Shown here: positions 22,101 through 31,700 of the stretch, piece after piece | Position numbering within the stretch: position 1 is the stretch's first letter | Layout of the letters: each line of letters starts with the position of its first letter | Assembly: GCF_000142905.1 (NCBI RefSeq) | Contig: NW_013657633.1 | Span: 1-44,068 of the forward strand | Direction of reading: 5' to 3' | DNA: 44,068 nucleotides | Origin: Thecamonas trahens ATCC 50062 | Lineage: Eukaryota > Protista > Apusomonadida | The notes under the pieces: generated by a model | The model's input: the letters and a program-made list of their open reading frames with translations, nothing else | The model's database searches: none | What the model was told of the DNA's origin: nothing | Program-made: the position numbers and the translations under genes

Positions 22101-22982
22101 ATGGTCAAGAGCAGTTCCTGTGTGTTGGGCGTGGTGGTGGGCATGTTGGTTGTGGCATGGGCGCAAAGTGGCGCGGGCGGGCATGGGCTTGGCGCCGCCA
22201 GGGACATTGTTGCCCGGTGGCAAACCACGACCTTTTCACAGCTACTCTGCGGTGGCGACGACGACGACGACCATTGCCCAAACCTCGGCAATGACGGATC
22301 ATGCGGGCTAGAGGTGATCGAGGCGAGCGGATGGCGATGGGACAACTTCTCTGAGGCCTACCGCGACACGCCTGTGGTGCTCATGCTCGACGAGGAGGTC
22401 ATGGCCCATTTTGCGGCGGTGACGGAGCGGGAGGCTCTGCTGGCGTCGATGGGGAACGCCATGGTCACGCTCTCGTCGTCGAACACCCACTCGTACACCA
22501 AAGTCCGCGGCATGCTTGCCGACTACGTCACCGAGGAAATGCCCAAGGCCGGGAGCACGAGCGATGCCGAGGACTCGTTCTATCTCTTTGGCGACCACAC
22601 GGCCGAGTGGTACGGCTTCATCGACGAGCACTACACCATGCCTGCCGTGGCGGCGTCGGCGCCCATCGTCTCGCCCTCGTTCGGCATTGGTGGTGATGGC
22701 TCGGGCGTAGCGTTCCACACACACGGTCCGGCGTTTGCGCATGTGGTCCACGGCCGCAAGCGCTGGTTCCTCTCGCCGCCGGACATCCAGCCGGACTTTG
22801 ATCCCTCAGTGACTACCTCGGCCTGGCTGGCGTCAGAGCGGTACACCGCATCGACCCGCGCTGCCGGGAGCGCCTGGATCGACTGCACGCTCGGGCCGCG
22901 CGAGATGCTGTTCATACCCTCGGGCTGGTGGCATGCCACGCTCAATCTCGGCGATACGGTCTTTATCTCGCTCTTTGTGTAG
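22101..22982 (+). CDS. JMJD8: JmjC domain protein, JMJD8-like (signal peptide, HxH...H metal motif)
   Basis: LSSSNTHSY, YLFGD, SFGIGGDGSGVAFHTHGP...HGRKRWFL and PSGWWHATLNL...VFIS follow the JMJD8 motif order. Hydrophobic N-terminus. Confidence 0.85.
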   Translation: MVKSSSCVLGVVVGMLVVAWAQSGAGGHGLGAARDIVARWQTTTFSQLLCGGDDDDDHCPNLGNDGSCGLEVIEASGWRWDNFSEAYRDTPVVLMLDEEVMAHFAAVTEREALLASMGNAMVTLSSSNTHSYTKVRGMLADYVTEEMPKAGSTSDAEDSFYLFGDHTAEWYGFIDEHYTMPAVAASAPIVSPSFGIGGDGSGVAFHTHGPAFAHVVHGRKRWFLSPPDIQPDFDPSVTTSAWLASERYTASTRAAGSAWIDCTLGPREMLFIPSGWWHATLNLGDTVFISLFV

Positions 22983-23001
22983 GCCATGCCATGGCTAGCG
23001 C

Positions 23002-24773
23002 CTATGAGCGTATGGCTTTGGACTTGGACTTGGACTTGGACTTGGCCTTGACCTTCGACTTGGCCTTTGCCTTGGCCTTTGCCTTTGACTTGGACTTGGA
23101 CTTGGACTTGGCCGGGAGCGAGCGGCGCTTGGGGTCGGCGACACGGATGAGGGCGTGGGTGGCGGCGAGGAGGTTGCGGCCGAGGATGGCGGTCTTGCCG
23201 AGCTTCTCGCCGTCGCGGACCGAGGCGCGGACCTGATACGGCTTGCCGTGAAGGACGACGTCGACGTCAACGACGTCGCGGACATCGGTGGCGTCGTTGC
23301 CCATGCGGATGCGGACCTTGCCCTGCGACTTGAGCCGAAGCGCGCGGGCGACGGCGACCGGGATGGCGGTCATGGACGCGCCGGTGTCGACACGGACCGA
23401 CATGGGAATGCCCGGAATGGCCTTGATCGGGTTCTGAAACTCGATGTCGACCATTTCCTCAAGAATAAGTAGTTCGTCAATGGCGTTGTGCGGGAAGCGA
23501 GAGGGCGGGAGCCGGAGCATGGCGTCTGCCCCATCGGCGTCATCGCGGGCGTAGTCGGTGATGTACACGGTGCGAGGGGTAGCGTCAGCGTCGGCCGCGC
23601 CCGACGACGAGTTGGCAGCCTGACCACGGCCGGGCGAGGAGCGGCCAGGAACAACGGCGGTCCGGGCATGCGTCGCCGAGCCGCCATCTGCTACGGGCGG
23701 GCGGCCGCAGCAGCCGCAGGCCCACCACGGCGCGCGGCGCGACGGCGGAGACGGCAGCGGCGCGTGTGCCGGCGAAAGGTAGTCTGCGCGCGCCGGTGAG
23801 GCCTGCGAGCCCTGGGCCACAAAGGCGTCGAGCCACGAAATGTAGTGCGGCATGGTCATCGCGTCCACGAGATCCTCAGTCTCGACCGAGACCAGAAAGT
23901 TGGAGAGGGCGAGGAGGTTGCGGCCGAGGATGGGGATGCGGCCGAGCTTGTTGCCTGTGCGGACCGAAGCCTCAACCTCGTAGACTTCTGCGCCGAGGCG
24001 GACGCCGACCATGACGACTTCGCGGCGCTCAGTGTGGTCGATACCAGTCCGGATTTTGACCTTGCGGACAACCTTGAGCCCGAGCTCGCGCTTGAGCGCC
24101 ACAGGGATGGCCGTCAGCGACGCCCCGGTGTCGACCCGCGCCTCCATCACCACCGACGTGCCCGCAGCCATGGCCATAAACTCCACCTCTGTCCGCTGCG
24201 GGATGACCAGCGCGAGCTGCGGGTCGTGCTTCCGCCGCGCCGCCACAGACGTCGTCGTTCCCTCGCTCGTCTCCACCGCCGGCGGCGAGCGTGAGCTTGA
24301 CGACGCCGACGACGACGTCCGCGATCGCGAGGCTGACACCGACGGCGACGGCGACACCGACGGCGATTGGGACGAGGTCAGCCCAGCAGCTGCCGACGAC
24401 CTGCCTTGCGGTGGTGGTGTGGGCGAGTGTGATGCCGAGTCGTAACCATCAGCGTCGGCCGAGTCTGACGACGACGAGTCGCCCGAGCTCCGAGCCGGCG
24501 ATGACTTGCTGTCTTCTGTCGTGCTTGCCGACTGATGGCTCTGCCGCGGGTGCTCAGTCTGTTCCTCCTCTTCGTGGGCCTGGCCAGGGGCAGAAGCTGG
24601 CCCACGAGCAAGAGCAGGGCCGAGAGCGAGAGCGAGAGCGGGAGCGGCGGCGGGGCGGGGGCGGCGGGAGCCGGAGCGAGAGCAGCAGGAGTAAGAGCGT
24701 CATGTAGCAGCGGCTGGTGCTGGTCCGGCTCGAAACGTCTGCTCCGTACCCTTGTCCTCTTCCGCCGAGCCAT
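23002..24773 (-). CDS. Tandem two-domain retropepsin-like (clan AA) aspartic protease with disordered N-terminus and (K-S/A)n basic tail; apparent frameshift at G4 24652-24655
   Basis: Two RVDTGAS.TAIPVA...ILGRNLLA domains at ~24190-23880 and ~23460-23140. The frame is open 24699-23002 with no ATG upstream of domain 1's N-terminal edge. The ATG at 24773 (MARRKRTR) joins this frame if one base is added to the G4 run. Confidence 0.8.
23028..23112 (-). repeat. Coding hexamer repeat encoding KSKSKAKAKSK
   Basis: (TTGGAC/TTGGCC)n on the + strand. Confidence 0.9.
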
Positions 24774-24964
24774 GATTTCCCACCCTGTGGCTGGCGTAGG
24801 CCACGGGTACGAGTCGGCTGGTGTCCGTAGGGCGGGGGCGGGAGTGAGAAAGGAAGGAGCCGGCCGTGGCAGGGCCACCACCCGACAAGGCCACTTTTCC
24901 AGCACCAATCTCTGTAGCCACATGGAAAAAAATTGTCCGCCCCCCCCCCCCACCCCCCCCCTAA

Positions 24965-25334
24965 NNNNNNNNNNNNNNNNNNNNNNNNNNNNNNNNNNNN
25001 NNNNNNNNNNNNNNNNNNNNNNNNNNNNNNNNNNNNNNNNNNNNNNNNNNNNNNNNNNNNNNNNNNNNNNNNNNNNNNNNNNNNNNNNNNNNNNNNNNNN
25101 NNNNNNNNNNNNNNNNNNNNNNNNNNNNNNNNNNNNNNNNNNNNNNNNNNNNNNNNNNNNNNNNNNNNNNNNNNNNNNNNNNNNNNNNNNNNNNNNNNNN
25201 NNNNNNNNNNNNNNNNNNNNNNNNNNNNNNNNNNNNNNNNNNNNNNNNNNNNNNNNNNNNNNNNNNNNNNNNNNNNNNNNNNNNNNNNNNNNNNNNNNNN
25301 NNNNNNNNNNNNNNNNNNNNNNNNNNNNNNNNNN
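24965..25334. other. Assembly gap
   Basis: N run flanked by poly-C tracts. Confidence 1.
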
Positions 25335-25476
25335 CGTAAAAATTAGTCCACCGACCCCCCCCCACCCCCCCCCCCCCCCCACCCCCCCCCTCCATTCCGA
25401 CCACCGCCCCGACGGTGCAGCCGTCCCGCAGGACAAATGCTAGCCAGTGCGGTCACACCCAACTCGACCTACAGTC

Positions 25477-26743
25477 ATGAAGCTTACTATTGCTGTGGTT
25501 TCGCTTGCACTCCTGGCGAGTCTTACGTGTGGTATGCCGCTCTTCACCCCTGCGGACTTTACCCACCATGTCTCCCTTCCTGCGCCTCATGCCTTTGACC
25601 TTTACTGGTCCGTCCTCCCCACCGCAAAGGTCGAGTTTGGCCTCGTCGCCCACACCACGGGCTGGCTCGGCCTCGGCATCTCCAACGACGGCTCCATGGC
25701 CTCTGCTGACATCGTCATCGGCGGCATCCTCGACGATGCCACCACCTACTTTTCCGTACGTTCTCCCTCCCCCCCCCCCCCTCCCCTTCCCTCCCTTCCA
25801 TCCCTCCTCCCCCCCCCCCCATCAGCCACCTCTGCCTCTGCCAGCTCTTTCGCCCCTTCCCCTCCCGCCCGCCGACTGGAATTTTTGGGCTGACCAACGC
25901 CCGTACGATTATTTGTCATTGAGTTAATCGTCAGTCGAGGGAGCCCCGGGCGAGACGAGCGCAGGCGGTGGCCTCCCGCTAGTCACCCGCGAGTCGACGA
26001 CCTGCCGCTTGCTGGAGTGGTGGGCAAGGTAGGCAGGGGGTAGAGAAGCAGAAAGAGGATGGTCATGGTGTGGGGCATGTGGCGCATGTCGCAGGCGTGG
26101 TTGGAGAGCGACTCACAGGCTGGTTGGCCTTGCACGGGAGTGGGTGTAGGACCGTCATGGTGACCTGTTCAATGGATTCCCCGAGGCCGACGTCAAGCAG
26201 GATTGGATGCTGACCGGCGCGTCGGAAGACAACATGCACACGTACATCAAGTTTGAGCGGAATGTCAACACTTGCGACGATGCGCAGGACAAGGTCCTTG
26301 CCACCGGCACTGTCAAGATCATCTACGCCTACACCAACAACGGTTCGGAGCCTGATGCCGCCATGACCAAGGCCTCGTTCTCGATCCACGACTTCCGCGC
26401 CTCGGCCGACGTCGACCTCATGATCCCGGCCTCGCTCACCAACGACTGCTCGAGCTCGGGCGGCAACGGCACTACCACGCCCTCCAACGGCACGTCCTCG
26501 ACGGCCTCGGGCATGGGCACCGCGCCGACCTTCGACCTTCACTCGGGCAAGAACTCGGCCACCGGTGCCGTCATCATCGCCCTCATCGTCTTTGTCATCT
26601 TCACCATCGGCTTTGTCGGCGGCGTCTTCTACACCGCCGCGCCCAAGCCGGCCGTCGACGAGAACGCCGCAGAGCTCGAGCGTCGCCGCTCCGAGTTTAT
26701 GGACCGGGTCACCTCGGACCGCACCCGCTCGTCCATGGCCTAA
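25477..26743 (+). CDS. Single DOMON-domain type I membrane protein, join(25477..25755,26150..26743)
   Basis: Signal peptide MKLTIAVVSLALLASLTCG, then LYW...TTGWLGLGISNDGSMASADIVIG. Phase-0 intron GTACGT...GACTCAC...TAG. Exon 2 has DRH...QDW...FERNVNTCD..D, the DBH/MOXD1-type DOMON pattern, followed by an S/T linker and a C-terminal TM helix. Confidence 0.88.
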
Positions 26744-26830
26744 CCGCGCGCCCGCCAGCCTCGTTGTGATGCAATCCACCAGCCGATAAAATGTAGTCAC
26801 ACACGAGTCCGCAGCTGGCGCAGTTGGAGG

Positions 26831-28711
26831 CTACTCGGCCCGCAGCTGAGACGAGAGCCGCAAGACGAGGCCGCGCTTGGAAAACGCGACGTCTGGCAGC
26901 GAGTCGAGCGGGACCGGGCGGAAGGAGAGCGGGACGGCCTCGGACTTGCGGGAGACGTTCTTGGCCACAAACTGAAAGGCGCCCTCGGCGTCGGCCTTGT
27001 CGATGTGGGTTCGCAGCTTGGTCTCGAGCGTGCCGACGGTGACCGCGCCCGACGCGACGGCGTCGAGGAGGGCGTCGTCGGCGGCCGAGAGCCCGCGCGG
27101 CTTCTTGGTCGCCCGCTCGTCGGCCATGGTGGCGAGCATGCCGTGCATGGCGCGCGATACGTCGGGAATAAACTTGGCGAGCTTTCGCTTGCGGTCGACC
27201 TTGGCCTTGTCGACGCCGCGGGTCGCGATCTTCTTCTTGAGCGAGATGCAGCACTTGCGGAGCGCAGCCTTGATGGCGGCCTTGATCGGCGTTGCGTCGT
27301 TGCCGATGTACTCTTTGCCGGTGCCCTTGAACGGAATGTGCGTCGAGACAATCGAGACAAAGACCCCGATCTTGTCCAGCGTCGGTCGGATCTTGTACGT
27401 GCTCCACTTGAACTCGCGCGCCGTGATCGTCGCCACATCGTTGCCGGGCTCAAAGAGGAGCGGAATGCGATTGGCGTAGCGGTAGACCGTGACCCCGGGC
27501 TCCATCGACTCGCCGCCGATCGAGACTCCGACCTCGACAATGAACGGATGGCCCTCGTACACGTGCGCCCGCTCCTGGTACGTCGCCACCAGCGTCGGCT
27601 TGATCTCCTTCTTGATGCCCAGAAACAGGTTGTACTGTCCGGCCGGCGAGAGGCAGTCGCCCGACGGCTCAGGAATTCGGATCTCGCGGAACAGCTGCAA
27701 GAGGTGGTGCCCAAACTCGGGCGGGAGCTGCGAGACCTTGGTCGCCGGATCAAGGTGCAGCTCCTCGGCGATTTTGCGCGCAAGCGCCGCCGAGACCGAC
27801 GAGAACTCCGAGGTAAGAAACTTTTTGAGCGCCGTCGACGGCTTGACCTGAGCCAGCAGCTTGTCGATGAGCACCAGGTTGAGCGACCGCGGGTGGTGCT
27901 TGACCTCGACTGCCGCCCGCGGTAGTTCGGCGTTGACTCGCCGCGGGTACTGGACCTCGAACGAGGTCTCCTTGCGGACGCCGGTGTACGCAAAGCGGAA
28001 CCAGGCGTACGGCGTGAGGATCGCCATCATGCGCATGTACTCAAGAATTCGCTTCTGGTACTTCCACGAGCCCTCGATGGTGACCACCAGCTTGGTCCCG
28101 CGCCACTTTTGAGTGTTCTCCAGCTGGCCTTCCTCCACCACGTGTGGCCGGTTGCGCTCGATGTCGATGTCGAGCTTGTAGTACGAGACCGTCGCCGCGC
28201 CCTCGGTCGCCGAGTACACCTCGATCGGCACGCCCGTCGACGACTTGGCCCAGATGAGCGCCATCTTGGCCCCGAGCCCAAACTTGCCGCGCGTCTGCTT
28301 CACCCCATACTTGGTCCCCGACAGCACCACCCCGAGCAGCTGTGGAATCGCCGCGTGCTCCATCCCGCTCCCGTTGTCGGTCACCGCAATCTCGTAGTAC
28401 CGCGCTTTCTTGTTCGGCGTCCCGCGCGACGCCTTGCTCACCGATGCCTTGCGCACCGCACTCCCACTCGCACCGGGGCCCGGCTGGCTCGACTGGCTCG
28501 ACTGTCCTGCCTCGCTCACCCCAGCGCTTCCGCCAGCTCGTTGCTCGCCCGCGAACCGCGGCGCCCCAACCGTTGCCTTTGGTGCTCCTCTCACTCTCAC
28601 CACCCGTGTCGCCGCCTTTTTCCTCCTCGATCTCGACAGTGACGCCTCTCCCGAGCTCCTCACTACCGTCGGCCGCGTGTACACTCTGTGGCGGATCAAC
28701 TCGGATGCCAC
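26831..28711 (-). CDS. TOP6B: DNA topoisomerase VI subunit B (plant-type), apparently lacking its N-terminal ~100 aa including the GHKL N-box
   Basis: YYEIAVTDNGSGM...VLSGTKYGVKQTRGKFGLGAKMALIW, CLSPAGQYNL, EGHPFIVE, RYANRIPLLFE and VSIVSTHIPFKGTGKEYI are hallmark TOP6B motifs. No SPAEFF/ELVENxLD segment is visible upstream; credible sequence ends near 28545. Confidence 0.9.
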   Translation of the reverse strand: MASELIRHRVYTRPTVVRSSGEASLSRSRRKKAATRVVRVRGAPKATVGAPRFAGEQRAGGSAGVSEAGQSSQSSQPGPGASGSAVRKASVSKASRGTPNKKARYYEIAVTDNGSGMEHAAIPQLLGVVLSGTKYGVKQTRGKFGLGAKMALIWAKSSTGVPIEVYSATEGAATVSYYKLDIDIERNRPHVVEEGQLENTQKWRGTKLVVTIEGSWKYQKRILEYMRMMAILTPYAWFRFAYTGVRKETSFEVQYPRRVNAELPRAAVEVKHHPRSLNLVLIDKLLAQVKPSTALKKFLTSEFSSVSAALARKIAEELHLDPATKVSQLPPEFGHHLLQLFREIRIPEPSGDCLSPAGQYNLFLGIKKEIKPTLVATYQERAHVYEGHPFIVEVGVSIGGESMEPGVTVYRYANRIPLLFEPGNDVATITAREFKWSTYKIRPTLDKIGVFVSIVSTHIPFKGTGKEYIGNDATPIKAAIKAALRKCCISLKKKIATRGVDKAKVDRKRKLAKFIPDVSRAMHGMLATMADERATKKPRGLSAADDALLDAVASGAVTVGTLETKLRTHIDKADAEGAFQFVAKNVSRKSEAVPLSFRPVPLDSLPDVAFSKRGLVLRLSSQLRAE

Positions 28712-31700
28712 TCTTGCCCGAATCGGTCACATTGATTCGACACGCATTGATCTGCCATTCCACGTTGGTCTCGCCGATCTCGACCACAACGGGCTCGTCG
28801 ACATCGTTTTCAACTACAACGTCCCTGGCGGTGCGCTCCGTCTGGCCCTCCAGACCTCGCCCCTGTCATTTACGCGGGCCGCGGCTTTTGGCGCAGACAA
28901 TGCCGCGCCCTCTGTCTGCATGGCCATCGCTCAATTCGAGGCCCATGGATGGCCGCAGATTTCACTACATCGGCTGCTGCTGGCGGGTACCCGACTTTGG
29001 CGAGTCCGTCGTCTGGCGATCCGGACCCGTGCCGCGGTACATGGAGTCTGCTGTCACCATCGTCGCGACTCCCGGCCCGACCTGGTGCACCGATAGCTCA
29101 ACGCCAGCCGTCACCGTCGCTGACCTCAACCATGACATAGTCCCCGACGTCCTTCTCACATGTGCTGCAGAGGCCACCACCACGATCCTCTACGGCCAGG
29201 GCGGTGGCGTGTTCTCCCCGCCGACACCCCACACCTCGGCCTCCTCTGCGTCGGCGATTGTTGCCACTCTCGCAGCAGATTTTGACTCGGACGGCCACAT
29301 CGATGTGCTCACGCTCTCTGTCGATGGCTCTCTATCTCTTCCTCTTACGCCCACTCCCATCACGACTGTTGGCAGCCCTAGGTGGATGGCCGCCGTTGAT
29401 GCCAATGCCGACGGCGCTGTCGACCTGCTCATCGGCGGATCGCTTGCCACCGCTGTCCTCGTCCATCCCGCCAACGCGCCGGTCCTGCTCGACTCGCTCC
29501 CTGGCGGCATCCGCCTCCACATTGTCGGTAACTTTCGCGCTGCCACCGCCGCCGTCGACCTCGCCTTTGCCACAGCTACGCCCAACACAGTTTACGTCGC
29601 GCTTGCCAATCCAAGCTCGGTCGCCCTCCAGCACGCGTATCTCCCGCCTACAGCCCACGTCGTTTCGGCAAACCCGGTTGCGCTCACCGCTGGGCAATAC
29701 GACAGCAATGCGCTTGTCGATATCGTCGTTGCCCTCGACTCGGGAGACGTCGTCGTCCTCGCCGATGGCGCAACAGGTGCTACATCTGTCCTCGCCAACT
29801 CACTCCCGTCCATCGTCGCGCTCCATCTCTTCGCCACAGAAGCTGATGGCGGCATGCTTCTTGTTTCTACTCTCACTGGCTACGTCTGGCTCTCACCGCT
29901 CGGCCGCTACCCGTTTGATGCGCCGTCAGCAGCCGCAGCCGCCAGTCTCGGCATTGGCGATCTCTCCGGCAACGGCGCACCCGACATCATCACCGCATCT
30001 CCGACAGCCCTCGCCCTCTCGCGCGGCGTCCTAGTTCTTGGGGCGGTCGACTTTGCCCAGCCAAGCCACTTGCCCGAGTGCGGCGGCGTTCCGCACTCAC
30101 TGGTCTGCATTTCGGCCCGTGCCGCGGCATCGCCCACCGGCGCAACCGTCACCGTCGCGCCTCCACCTCCCGGACATCATCACCCCAGTCCCTGTCCTGT
30201 CGATGCCCACCACACCATTACCCGCGACATGACGTTGGCTGGTGGCATCATCCTTTGCGGGAGCCATGGCAGTGCTATCTTCCGTGTCGCCTCGCCGGCA
30301 CATCTCACGCTTCGGGATATGTCGCTCGAGACCACCTCGACCACTCCAGCTTCTGCCATTGTCGTCGACTTGGGCGCATCCCTCTCTCTTACCAACACGT
30401 CCATCACTGGCTTCTCTGCCCATTCTGGCGCCGCGATTGCCGCATCAGGCACCGTGTCAGCCGACGCCTCAACCTTTGCCTCGTGCACCGCGCAGCAGTT
30501 TGGAGGCGCCGTCGCGCTGGACCACGGCGCCGATGCGAGCTTTGTCGACTCGGCCTTTGTGGCCAACACCGTTACCGACGCCCCGCAGTCGTATGCTTCG
30601 GGCGGAGGTGCCATTGGTGTGTTTGAAGCTGGATCACTTGCTTGCACCCACTGCACCTTTGACCGCAATGCTGCCACCGGGCTCGGTGCCGCTGGCGGCG
30701 CAATCGCCGTGCGCGCCGCCACCGCCACCACTGTCGTCATCACCGACTCGACCTTTACCTCCAACTCTGCGCCCGAAGGCTATGGCGGCGCACTCCACGT
30801 CGACCTGGCCTCAGTCTCCGCCACTGTGCTCGTACTCCGCTCGGCGTTTACCGACTCGTCGGCCGTCTTTGGCGGCACGTTTGCGGCGGCCGCCACAGGT
30901 GCACTCTCTCACTCATTTCCTGGCCATGTTGCGCCGGTCCTTCCGCCGCCTTCATCCCTCGCCTCGCTCTCGCCATCATCGCCCATCATCGCTCTTGCCA
31001 ATTCGTCAATCGGCTCGTCGGCCGCGCGCTACGGCGGCATCGCCCTCTCGTGTGGCGTCGTAGTTGACCTCGCCTCGGCCAACCTCACCTCGGCAGTAGC
31101 TCGCTACAGCCAAGCTGGTGGTGTGTGGTACCAATGCCTTCCACTCTCGGCCACGCTTGCTGTCCGCACCGCCTCACTCCCGGCCACAGATCCGATTCCA
31201 ACCTCGCCGCTGGCGTACGGCCCGATCTCAGCCTCGCCAGCCGCATCGCTGACCTGGTCGCGAGCCGGCGCAGCCCTTGTCGCGCCATCAGGAGTCGGGC
31301 TCGGCGACGATGGTGGCACCATCGTGCTATCCGACGCCTTTGGTCAGCTCGTCACTGACAACGCACTCACTCTCTCAGTTGGTGTTGCGTCGTCGTCAGT
31401 TGCCGCCATCGACGCTTCGGTCAGCTGGGACCCCATCGCCAATGGCTACCTGCTCAGCAGCGCTGGCCTGCAGTTGGTGGGTGGCGTGTGGCCGGCCAGT
31501 GTCGGACACTCGTTCGACCTGGTCATCTCGCTCCCGTCCGGTGCCTCCATCGCCCTCTCTGTCACCATCACAAACTGCCCACCCGGCCGTGGCGCATCGT
31601 CGACCGACACTACCCGCCCGCTGGTCTGTCAGCTCTGCCCCGACGGGACCGAGTCGAACGACGCCTCACTCGCTCCATGCTCCGCCATTCCAACTTGCTC

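Noticed and set aside
24652-24661. Frameshift or pseudogene status of the tandem protease
   Set aside because: A single missing G in a G-run restores APAPAAAPA, and the downstream domains are intact.
24535-24964. + strand ORF with a signal-peptide-like start (MALPRVLSLFLLFVGLARG)
   Set aside because: The hydrophobic stretch is the antisense shadow of Glu/Gln codons in the protease N-terminus, and the rest is low complexity.
24920-25395. Direct repeat flanking the second gap
   Set aside because: Both flanks look like low-quality reads of the same AAAATT-GTCC-polyC sequence, so this is probably an assembly overlap.
25840-25902. U5 snRNA (TCTTTCGCC plus Sm-like site) or hammerhead ribozyme (CTGACGA on the minus strand)
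   Set aside because: The invariant U5 loop GCCUUUUAC and its closing stem are absent, and the hammerhead GAAA is absent.
28041-28787. GVTVEIEEE in an alternative minus frame as the missing TOP6B N-terminus
   Set aside because: It is the antisense of FFLLDLDSD of the FG-GAP repeat, and no ENxLD N-box lies nearby.
28955-28965. Frameshift within the FG-GAP gene as a recoding site
   Set aside because: It falls at a short T-run with no stimulatory structure seen; probably an indel error.
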